A DNA stretch of 63,779 nt, filler included, from Guillardia theta CCMP2712 (Eukaryota; Protista; Cryptophyta): assembly GCF_000315625.1 (NCBI RefSeq). It is 7 parts of 7 records of this genome, joined end to end, with 100 filler letters (N's around TTAATTAATTAA, not from the genome) between each part and the next. Parts side by side here need not be neighbours in the genome. Positions count along the whole stretch, not along the records: positions 1 to 16,857 come from NW_005434358.1; positions 16,958 to 25,803 come from NW_005434259.1; 5 more parts are not named here. One strand, written 5' to 3'. The position numbers and the translations under genes were made by a program. This document shows, in pieces, positions 12,699 through 22,150 of this stretch (its first letter is position 1; each line of letters opens with the position of its first letter). The notes beneath the pieces are model-generated. The model saw only the letters and a list, made by a program, of their open reading frames with translations. It ran no database searches and was not told the origin of the DNA.

Positions 12699-13181
12699 TG
12701 TCTTGTCTACTGCTCAGCTCAGGCCTTGTCTTGTCTACTGCTCAGCTCAGGCCTTGTCTTGTCTACTGCTCAGCTCAGGCCTTGTCTTGTCTACTGCTCA
12801 GCTCAGGCCTTGTCTTGTCTACTGCTCAGCTCAGGCCTTGTCTTGTCTACTGCTCAGCTCAGGCCTTGTCTTGTCTACTGCTCAGCTCAGGCCTTGTCTT
12901 GTCTACTGCTCAGCTCAGGCCTTGTCTTGTCTACTGCTCAGCTCAGGCCTTGTCTTGTCTACTGCTCAGCTCAGGCCTTGTCTTGTCTACTGCTCAGCTC
13001 AGGCCTTGTCTTGTCTACTGCTCAGCTCAGGCCTTGTCTTGTCTACTGCTGAGCTCAGGCCTTGTCTTGTCTACTGCTGAGCTCAGGCCTTGTCTTGTCT
13101 ACTGCTGAGCTCAGGCCTTGTCTTGTCTACTGCACAGCTCAGGCCTTGTGTTGTCTACTGCTCAGCTCAGGCCTTGTCTTG
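12699..13181. repeat. 28-bp minisatellite TGTCTTGTCTACTGCTCAGCTCAGGCCT, about 17 copies
   Basis: Near-identical head-to-tail units without spacers; variants cluster at the right end. Confidence 0.95.
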
Positions 13182-14184
13182 TTCTTCTCCTCCCCCTCCC
13201 TTCCTACGTCTTCATCGCGCGACTTGTTTTTGCAGATCTTGTATCCGAGACAAGATTCGAACAGGGTGGGGTCCAAAACTAGTCAAAAGAAGGGGTACTC
13301 AATAGAGTAGAGGAAAAGAGGGGGACGGACGCAACCTCACCACCGGTGGGGTCATGGAGAGGTAAAAGAAGGGGTAGGGGTACTTACCAAGAGACCGCTG
13401 GAAACAAAGGAACCAGACCCGATAATGATGATGGGGGTGGGTGACTATGTAGGGTGGGGTCAAACATAGGAGCTAATTGCTCAACAGTGGGGTGATGGTC
13501 TCCTGAGGTGGGGTAGGGTCTAGGGGGTGGGGTAGAGAAGGTGGGTAGGCGGTCTGAGCTGTAGTCACTCAGGTCTGCCTCAGGACCAGCAGGCGATTGT
13601 CACGGTCAGGGAGTGGTTGGCCCGACTCGTCAGAACTGAGTTTTCAGAGTCAAGTTTCCGGTGACTTCCTCGGACTCGAACTTGCTTCGGAACTCGCGGC
13701 TACCTTGCTTACCTTGGCACTGACACAGTGACGGTCGTCGGTCGCTCGTTGGCCTGGCCTGGGCTGATCTGATTGAGTGAAGCGTGACGAAATCATCGAG
13801 TCAAGCTCACCGGTGCTTCCCGGCGTGACATCCGACGACCGTGACCGGGTCAACTTGAACGCACACAAAACTAGAATTGAGGAGCACATGAGAGCATCCA
13901 GACATGAGGGGACCTTAGCAAGTGACGCCGACCTAGGAAGGTCTCCTCCTCGTCTCTGCACTACCGTGGCATTGCCGCTAGGAGTCGTCTTGGTTTACAG
14001 GAGAGTTTTTGTTAACTCGGCGCTATCAGGCTAACTGGCACGGCTGGCATACGATCCATCAACATCCTCATCCCTGGGATCTGCGATCGTGGGTCTGAGC
14101 AGTACTAGGGCTTGATTGGTAGCTCTGCCAACCTGACCAAGTGGGGGGAAGTCAACCTCGACTCCTTCCATGTCCTAGCGACTG

Positions 14185-16420
14185 TTGCTTGACGCTTCCT
14201 GCTTGTCTGCGCGGCCGCGCTTCGCGCGTGGGCTGGCGGTGCCGGGTCTGCTGACAGTTGCCAGCAGTGCTGGTTCTTTTTGGTTTGTTTTGTTGTGTGT
14301 GTTTGTGCAGCTTCTCGCTGTGCGCTGTGTGCATGCAGGGTTGCGGCTTGTTCCTGCTTTGTTCTGCTTGAGGCACTTTTTACCTTGTGCGAGTAAAACT
14401 TCGACCAGTCGAGCACTCTCGGAGTTTTACTCGCATAAGGTAAAAAGTGCCTCAAGCAGCAACAAGCAAAACCGTCAGGCAGAGAGCACACAGCAACAAA
14501 AGCAACAAACGCGGCTCAAACACCGTTAACTTGCACAGCTGAAGGCCCCGTACTCGCTCAAGTCGCAGGATAGGGTCTTGCAGTCTACCATCTTCGCTCA
14601 TTTTCCTGAACGGGACCTGAGCCACTCTACCCCCTCAAGGCCTTCCCGCACCGCTATGCTCAGATGCTCGACTGCTATCTCCATGGCATGCCGATCTGCC
14701 AGTGTCCGACGGAATGTGATGGATGTCAGCGCGAGCTCGATCCTTCCGTTGCTGCGCATCATCTCCAGACCTGCAAGCGGTCGGGTCCCGCCGGTTCTTG
14801 GGCATTGCTGCGGCGTCGCCGCCGTCAAGGGCGGTGTAGGTCTCGGCTACCGCTGACTCGGAGGCTAGCGAGGAGGACTACCTCGAGCGGTACCCGGTGT
14901 TCCTGTGTCCAGCCTCCCTCCGTCCGCTGCCCCAGGCGGACCCCCGGGCAACGCCGGCTCCTTGTCGGCGGCTGCCCTTTCTCCGTCCGCGGCCGCCAGC
15001 TTTGTCAGTGGCGGCAGCGGACGTCTCGACTGACAGTGGTCAGTCGGCTGCCTCCGGGTATCGCGTCTAAGGGATTTTCTTCCTCCTGCATGCTCCTGCT
15101 GGCAGGCTTGTTGCTTGACAGTGATTGCTTGACCCTTCGGCTGCTTGTCTGCGCGGCTTCGCGCTTGGGCTGGCGATGCCGGGTCTGCTGACGGTTGCCA
15201 GCAGTGCTGGTTCTTTTCGGGCTTGTGTTTTGTATGTGATTGTGCAGCTTCTCGCTGTGGACTGTGTACCTGCCGGTTCAGCTTGTTCCTGCTTTGTTTG
15301 CTTGAGGCACTTTTTACCTTCTGCCAGTAAATCCTATATCCAGTCCTTATACGAGTAAAACTCAGCATCTACTTGAGCGAGTACGTCCTGCGGCAAGATG
15401 AGGATAACACGCTGCTGATCGGTAAGCGAGCGCGGCACGAGCATGGACATGGCGAGAAATGAGGAAACACCCGCATTACAACCTCCGAGCTCGCCTGCTT
15501 GCTCCCCTCTGGACCCTTGGGCACTGATAGCTGCGGCATCGTCGCCGCCCGCTGAGGATGGTGAGGTTTCATGTGTGTTGTATGTTCTTCTCTTCTTTGC
15601 ACCGCTTTTGTCGCCGTGTGTTATGTGCGTGAAGATCTTACTTGTTCCTCCTTCTTGTTGCTTGATTGCCTGACCCTTAGGCTGCTTGTCTGCGCGGCTT
15701 CGCGCTTGGGCTGGCGGTGCCGGGTCTGCTGACGGTTGCCAGCAGTGCTGGTTCTTTTCGGGCTTGTGTTTTGTATGTGATTGTGCAGCTTCTCGCTGTG
15801 CACTGTGTGCCTGGAGGTTTAGCTTGTTCCTGCTTTGTTTTGCTTGAGGCACTTTTTACCTTCTGCCAGTAAATCCTATACTCTACTGCTCAAGCTNNNN
15901 NNNNNNNNNNNNNNNNNNNNNNNNNNNNNNNNNNNNNNNNNNNNNNNNNNNNNNNNNNNNNNNNNNNNNNNNNNNNNNNNNNNNNNNNNNNNNNNNGCAC
16001 TTTTACCTTCTGCCAGTAAATCCAATGCAGTCCAAGCAAAACAAAGCAGGAACAAGCGAAACCTCCAGGCACACAGCGCACAGCGAGAAGCTGCACAATC
16101 ACCCCCTCAAGGCCTTCCCGCACCGCTATGCTCAGATGCTCGACTGCTATCCCTTGTTCCTGCTTTGTTTTGCTTGAGACACTTTTTACCTTCTGCCAGT
16201 AAATCCTATATCCTATATCTCCATGGCATGCCGATCTGCCAGTGTCCGACGAAATGTGATGGATGTCAGCGCGACCTCATCCCTCCGTTCTTTTCGGGCT
16301 TGTGTTTTGTGTGTGATTGTGCAGCTTCTCGCTGTGGACTGTGTGCCTGCCGGTTCAGCTTGTTCCTGCTTTGTTTTGCTTGAGGCACTTTTTATCTTCT
16401 GCCAGTAAATCCTATACTAA
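14185..16420. repeat. Patchwork of a ~210-bp repeat in direct and inverted copies (core TGCTTGAGGCACTTTTTACCTT)
   Basis: Direct copies near 14185-14400, 15125-15340, 15660-15880, 16150-16215 and 16285-16417; inverted partial copies near 14419-14520 and 16033-16102. Confidence 0.85.
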
Positions 16421-16660
16421 GTTGCTGCACATCATCTCCAGACCTGCAAACGCCGATCCTCCAAGCTTCCCACGGCGCATGACAACCTTACTCGTACGAT
16501 TCGGTCGATGCTGAACGAAGCTGGTCTTCAGAGCGTCATCGATACAGTGGGGGATCCTCGTTCTCGACGGCAGGTACCCTCCCATCCTCATGGCCGCAAG
16601 ATGAAGGGCGATATCCACATCCCTGGAATCCGCGATCGAGGGTCTGAGCGTCGACGAGTG
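14620..16660 (+). mobile_element. Scrambled remnants of a non-LTR retrotransposon of the RLE type (CRE/R2-like): CCHC finger plus restriction-like endonuclease
   Basis: CQCPTECDGCQRELDPSVAAHHLQTCK at about 14695-14780. At 16420-16650, AAHHLQTCKRR..AHDNLTRTIRSMLNEAGL...KGDIHIPG matches the CCHC..(R)HD...PD pattern of RLE elements. Confidence 0.55.
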
Positions 16661-16901
16661 GCGCCGACGATCGGCGCGGAGCTGGCCAAGCGTCTCCGTC
16701 CCTCACTGTGACGTCAGGTGCCTCCGGAGAGCTCGACACAACTGGGGTGCTTGCTGCTGGTCCGAGCTCGCCTGCTTCCTCCCCGGCATCGGTCGGGTCA
16801 CGCCGGTCCTTGGGCATTGCTGCGGCGTCGCCGCCGTCACGGGCGGCTACCGCTGACNNNNNNNNNNNNNNNNNNNNNNNNNNNNNNNNNNNNNNNNNNN
16901 N

Positions 16902-16913
16902 TTAATTAATTAA
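16902..16913. other. Artificial scaffold linker TTAATTAATTAA inside N runs (also 25848-25859, 41864-41875, 51951-51962, 60116-60127, 62397-62408)
   Basis: The identical 12-mer, with stops in all six frames, sits in the middle of equal-length N blocks six times. Confidence 0.95.
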
Positions 16914-17153
16914 NNNNNNNNNNNNNNNNNNNNNNNNNNNNNNNNNNNNNNNNNNNNATTGGTACTGTTGGTACAATATTTGCTACCAGGAAGTACCCTA
17001 CCGCCTTAAAAGGTCCCAACCAATTTGAATCAGCTCCCAGCCGTCTGACCCACCCCAGACCCCAACTGCCATTTGCTATTCACATGTGTGGAAGGATACC
17101 CCCACAGAAAACTATTGGAAACCAGAGGGGTCAGTTGAGAGCGACAACGCTAT

Positions 17154-18444
17154 GCCGCCCGGAGAGATCAGGCCCCCGGCCAATCTCCGGACACTTAGCC
17201 TCCTGGCGGGCCTCCAGGGGGTCTGAGGCGGGGCTGAAGGCTGCAGTCGGTCTACTGACGGGCCCGGCCGGCAGGATCCGTCGAGAAACAGGGGGGTCAA
17301 GGGAGGTTTTCTTCCCCCTGGGAGAAATGTCCTATGGGTTTTTGGATCTGCGATATAAAAAAGTCTTGTCTCGGTCACGTGATGTGTCACGTGACCGGAC
17401 GGGTGAGCCTGTCAGCCGGGGTCACGGCCCCTGTCAGCCGGCTGACATGTCACGGGGCCTGCTGACACGGTCCGCTGACCGGTCACGGCCGCCCGGAGAG
17501 ATCAGGCCCCCGGCCAATCTCCGGACACTTAGCCTCCTGGCGGGCCTCCAGGGGGTCTGAGGCGGGGCTGAAGGCTGCAGTCGGTCTACTGACGGGCCCG
17601 GCCGGCAGGATCCGTCGAGAAACAGGGGGGTCAAGGGAGGTTTTCTTTCCCCCTGGGAGAAATGTCCTATGGGTTTTTGGATCTGCGATATAAAAAAGTC
17701 TTGTCTCGGTCACGTGATGTGTCACGTGACCGGTCAGGTGAGCCTGTCAGCCGGGTCACGGCCCCTGTCAGCCGGCTGACATGTCACGGGCCTGCTGACA
17801 CGGTCCGCTGACCGGTCACGGCCGCCCGGAGAGATCAGGCCCCCGGCCAATCTCCGGACACTTAGCCTCCTGGCGGGCCTCCAGGGGGTCTGAGGCGGGG
17901 CTGAAGGCTGCAGTCGGTCTACTGACGGGCCCGGCCGGCAGGATCCGTCGAGAAACAGGGGGGTCAAGGGAGGTTTTCTTCCCCCTGGGAGAAATGTCCT
18001 ATGGGTTTTTGGATCTGCGATATAAAAAAGTCTTGTCTCGGTCACGTGATGTGTCACGTGACCGGTCAGGTGAGCCTGTCAGCCGGGTCACGGCCCCTGT
18101 CAGCCGGCTGACATGTCACGGGCCTGCTGACACGGTCCGCTGACCGGTCACGGCCGCCCGGAGAGATCAGGCCCCCGGCCAATCTCCGGACACTTAGCCT
18201 CCTGGCGGGCCTCCAGGGGGTCTGAGGCGGGGCTGAAGGCTGCAGTCGGTCTACTGACGGGCCCGGCCGGCAGGATCCGTCGAGAAACAGGGGGGTCAAG
18301 GGAGGTTTTCTTCCCCCTGGGAGAAATGTCCTATGGGTTTTTGGATCTGCGATATAAAAAAGTCTTGTCTCGGTCACGTGATGTGTCACGTGACCGGTCA
18401 GGTGAGCCTGTCAGCCGGGTCACGGCCCCTGTCAGCCGGCTGAC
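17154..18444. repeat. 332-bp GC-rich tandem satellite, left block (about 3.9 units)
   Basis: Identical spurious ORFs recur at 332-bp spacing (17734 and 18066). Confidence 0.95.
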
Positions 18445-19486
18445 ATAGCGTTGCCGTTCCGTATCCTTGTCGGATCAGTTAACCAGGGTGGTTCTCATAG
18501 TAGTTTTAGTCAAATTCAAGCGGCAAGAGAAAATTGACCTAAAAATGTTGGCTCCGTCAATTTATGTACCTTTTTCGTTGCCAGGGCTGCCGGGCCATCC
18601 AAGACAAGAAGGGCAATGTTGAGCAAAACCTTCCTCTATTTGATATGAATAGGCGTGTATAGTTGACTAAATAATCATGAGGAGGCTCGGGGTAGGTATT
18701 CAAATGATTTGAATCTTTCCAACGGCCTCCAGCCCGTGTTGAGGGGTAGGGGGTAGTGCAAACTTCTCGTATCAATCTAAAACACTTGTAAACGACCTCA
18801 CACTTGCCCCGTCTCTTCCCTATCCCACTACTCCCAATGTACTCAGGGACTGTTTGCTCAGCTGCTGAGCGCAGTCAAGGACCATGGCCCCTCAATGCTA
18901 ACTCCTGAAACTGCCAGGCAAGTACTGAGATCAAACAGCTCAATTCTTGGCTGAGAATCACACCTATAGTAGGTTGAGGGTGTTGCATCTCATCGAAATT
19001 TGCACTTGCGTACCAAAGCACTCATCAGCTATAGGTGATGGTTGTTCACTTCCAGAAGAAGGGAAACATGAAGGGAACCGATCAGAGAAGCAACCTTCGA
19101 AGACATGAAGGAAATTCGATTCTCCTTGTTGTGTTGACGCCCTAGCTTCCTTTACCTGAATGCTTCGTCGGTTGAAAAAGAAACACATTTCAAGAGACTT
19201 CCTGTTGCTTTGCCATGATTGCGTTTTTTGAGGCTTCTCCCAACCTATTGTAATATGGCGGTGTCATTTGTGAGGAGGTGAGGAGTTTGAGAGGCTGGGG
19301 GAAGGAGAGGGGAGGGGTTGGAAGGGAAATGGACGCCTGGGAGGCCAGGCTAGTTGATATGCCTGATCGCTGCGAGAGGAGATGCCGGAGGAGAGACCGT
19401 GTTTACTCAAGACCACTAGCGAGGAAGGCAGGAGGGCGAGGAGGACATGAGAGGAGAGGAAGGAGAAAGCTACGGGTAGAGACGGT

Positions 19487-20395
19487 TTACTTGACAGCAC
19501 TAATGAGGAAGGGATGCTTCAGAGCCTCCAGTGCTGTAATCCTCGTGCGGGGATCGATGTTGAGGCAGCAGTTGAGGAAGTCCCAGATCGCATGTTTCTC
19601 ATCCACCTCCAGCCAGTCCTTGCATCCCGCATGCGCGCCCAGGGAGCTTGACAAGGTCCGCCATGTTTGCTTGAAACCGCGGGCATAGCTGAGATGCAGT
19701 TCCAATGGTGGAATCTGAATGACATCAAGTTAGCAACCTCAGGCCTCCCGCCACCATATCATCCTCATCCTCATCCTCTTGATACAACAACGCCGACGAC
19801 AACAATTTTACCTTAACGTCGAGGAGCTTCCACACAGCATCCATGCTCTTGATGTACATGCGCAAGCTGCTCAGACAGTCAGACAAGCGCACTTCCAAGG
19901 TACACAAAGAGCGTACCCGTAGATCTCCATCGTTGCCGTGACTATGTCGTTATACTGGAACCATTGGAACTGTGTCGTGCGGCACAGCAGGGTAAGCAGT
20001 ACTACCCCAGCAGCCCACACGTCCACTGCTGTGGTCTGGCACTGCATGCCCATGAGCACTTCGGGCGCTCGGTATCCCCGAGTTCCCGCGCGTTTGACTG
20101 GACGTTCGAATTTGACCCCTGAGTTCCTCACTGTCACCGATGCGTTCGTCTTGCTGACGCCCAACATGATCCGCCTCTTCGCCATCTGCTGCGCCATCTC
20201 TAGCTTCTCCTGCTCCTTTTGATTCCGCGAGGAGCGAGAGCTGGCCGTAGAAACCTCACAGGGCAAGATGTTGCCGATGCTGCGGCCTGATGACTGCATT
20301 TGTTTCTCTGCCAGCCCAAAGTCCACAAGCAAGTACTTCTTATTCCTTCTGTCGTAGAGGAAGTTATTCAATTTCACGTCTCGATGTATAATAAA
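19487..20395 (-). CDS. CDC7: CDC7-like Ser/Thr kinase, C-lobe only (probably a 5'-truncated gene or pseudogene)
   Basis: IIHRDVKLNNFLYDRRNKKYLLVDFGLAE, a long insert, RAGTRGYRAPEVL..CQTTAVDVWAAGVVLL, and LNIDPRTRITALEALKHPF. No Gly-rich loop or VAxK found upstream. Confidence 0.75.
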
Positions 20396-21192
20396 TGTAT
20401 AATGTATAAGACAGTTCTTGCTCAAGACCGAGTTTAATGCACACTGTGACACGAAACCACTGAGAATTGAGGCAGCACTGCACATGAGAGACTCCCGACT
20501 GTATGCTAGAATATGAAACAGGCTCAAACTTAACTTTGAGTAAAGCTCAAGCATCATTGCAACGCCGCCGCTGTTCCGATGACACGGACCGGGTACGGCC
20601 CGGTACCGCCGGGCATTGCCGCCGCGTGGGGCCGCCCGGCCTGGCTCGGAACTTGACTCTCACCGTTCAACGGTTGACTCACCGGCTACGGTAGCCTTGA
20701 AGCCTCAGAGGTCCCGGAGAGTCCGGCTCGCCCGGCCGGGCGGCGGTCGCCGGGACCTTGAGTTTTCAGCCTGTGTTCAATTAACTCAGCGGGGCTATCT
20801 GATCGGACTGGCCGCATGGCTGGCATGCTGATCCCGGCATTAATCAGCAGTGCCGACGGTCGGACCGTCTCACTGAGCCTCCGCCGGGCCGGGCGGCGGC
20901 GGCGGCGGCGGCGGCGCCGGGCGGAGCCCGAGCCTGGCAGTCACTCAGCGGCTGAGTCACTGTGCCGCGCCAGCCCGGGGCTGACTCAGTGACTCGGCCT
21001 TGGAACCGTCACGGTGCCTGCTTGCCAGCGCCGGGGCGGCCCCGGGTACTCAGGGTAGCCTGAGTCACAACTTGAACAGTCGGAGGTCAACATAACTTAA
21101 CATAACATGGCATGCCAGGCTTCAGTCGGAACTTCGGAACTTGGAACACTCAGTGCGCCCGAAATGATTCAGGGCCACAAAAAATATTTCAC

Positions 21193-22150
21193 TGTGGAAC
21201 AACTTGAAAATTGAGGGGGTGTTCGGCCTGAAATCTACATGGAACAACTTGAAAATTGAGGGGGTGTATCGCCGCCGATAAGTTCTTGGAGACGGCGAGA
21301 AGTTCAGGGTATTGCGTCTCATTGGTAGACGAAGCTCAGCGACTCAGATGGAAGTGGGCTTTGACATAGGTCTGGAATTAAGTCGGAATCGACGAGCCTG
21401 AGGGTCCCGGCAGTGAAAAGGGGGTGCCACGGTGAGGAGGACACGTGTCCAGGGCGCTGTGCATTGTACTTGCCGTCACTGGAGTCACGGTGCCAGCCTT
21501 GCAAGGGACTGAAGGGGAGGTGACTGCTGTGAATAAAGGAAGTGTTGGTGGTGTTGTGTGGTTCTTCTGAGAGTTCTATCATCATCAGTGAAGGTGTTAG
21601 AGACTGCACAGCTGTGTATCGTATATAGTTTGGAGCAAGTCCAACCTACATGGAACAACTTGAAAATTGAGGGGGTGTTCGGCCTGAAATCATTGTGTGT
21701 CACGCTCCTGCGGCCTGAAATCATTGTGTGTCACGCTCCTCCAAGTTTCAAGTTGTTCCATATAGTTTGGAGCAAGTCCAAGTTGTTCCATATAGTTTGG
21801 AGCAAGTCCAACCTACATGGAACAACTTGAAAATTGAGGGGGTGTTCAGCCTGAAATCATTGTGTGTCACGCTCCTCCAAGTTTCAAGTTGTTCCATATA
21901 GTTTGGAGCAAGTCCAACCTACATGGAACAACTTGAAAATTGAGGAGGTGTTCGGCCTGAAATCATTGTGTGTCACGCTCCTGCGGCCTGAAATCATTGT
22001 GTGTCACGCTCCTCCAAGTTTCAAGTTGTTCCATATAGTTTGGAGCAAGTCCAACCTACATGGAACAACTTGAAAATTGAGGAGGTGTTCGGCCTGAAAT
22101 CATTGTGTGTCACGCTCCTGCGGCCTGAAATCTTTGTGTGTCACGCTCCC
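21193..22150. repeat. About 137-bp tandem array with internal inverted repeats (ATGGAACAACTTGAAA / TTTCAAGTTGTTCCAT)
   Basis: Main array 21622-22150 plus partial units at 21193-21267. Confidence 0.9.

Noticed and set aside
12699-13181. CRISPR-like 28-bp repeats
   Set aside because: Head-to-tail with no unique spacers, no cas genes, eukaryotic context.
16902-16913. Recurrent TTAATTAATTAA as a biological site (e.g. piggyBac TTAA)
   Set aside because: Always centred in fixed-length N runs, so it is an assembly linker.
17112-18389. Repeated 107-aa ORFs (MTHHVTETRLF...)
   Set aside because: By-product of the GC-rich satellite; no start context or known motifs, and frames differ between units.
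17145-18455. Reading the left satellite block itself as a TIR element (CAACGCTATG...CATAGCGTTG)
   Set aside because: No TSD, and the in-register continuation of the satellite at 24783 shows these motifs are ends of the flanking inserts.
21622-22150. CRISPR-like palindromic repeat ending in TTGAAA
   Set aside because: The intervening sequences are themselves identical repeats, not spacers.
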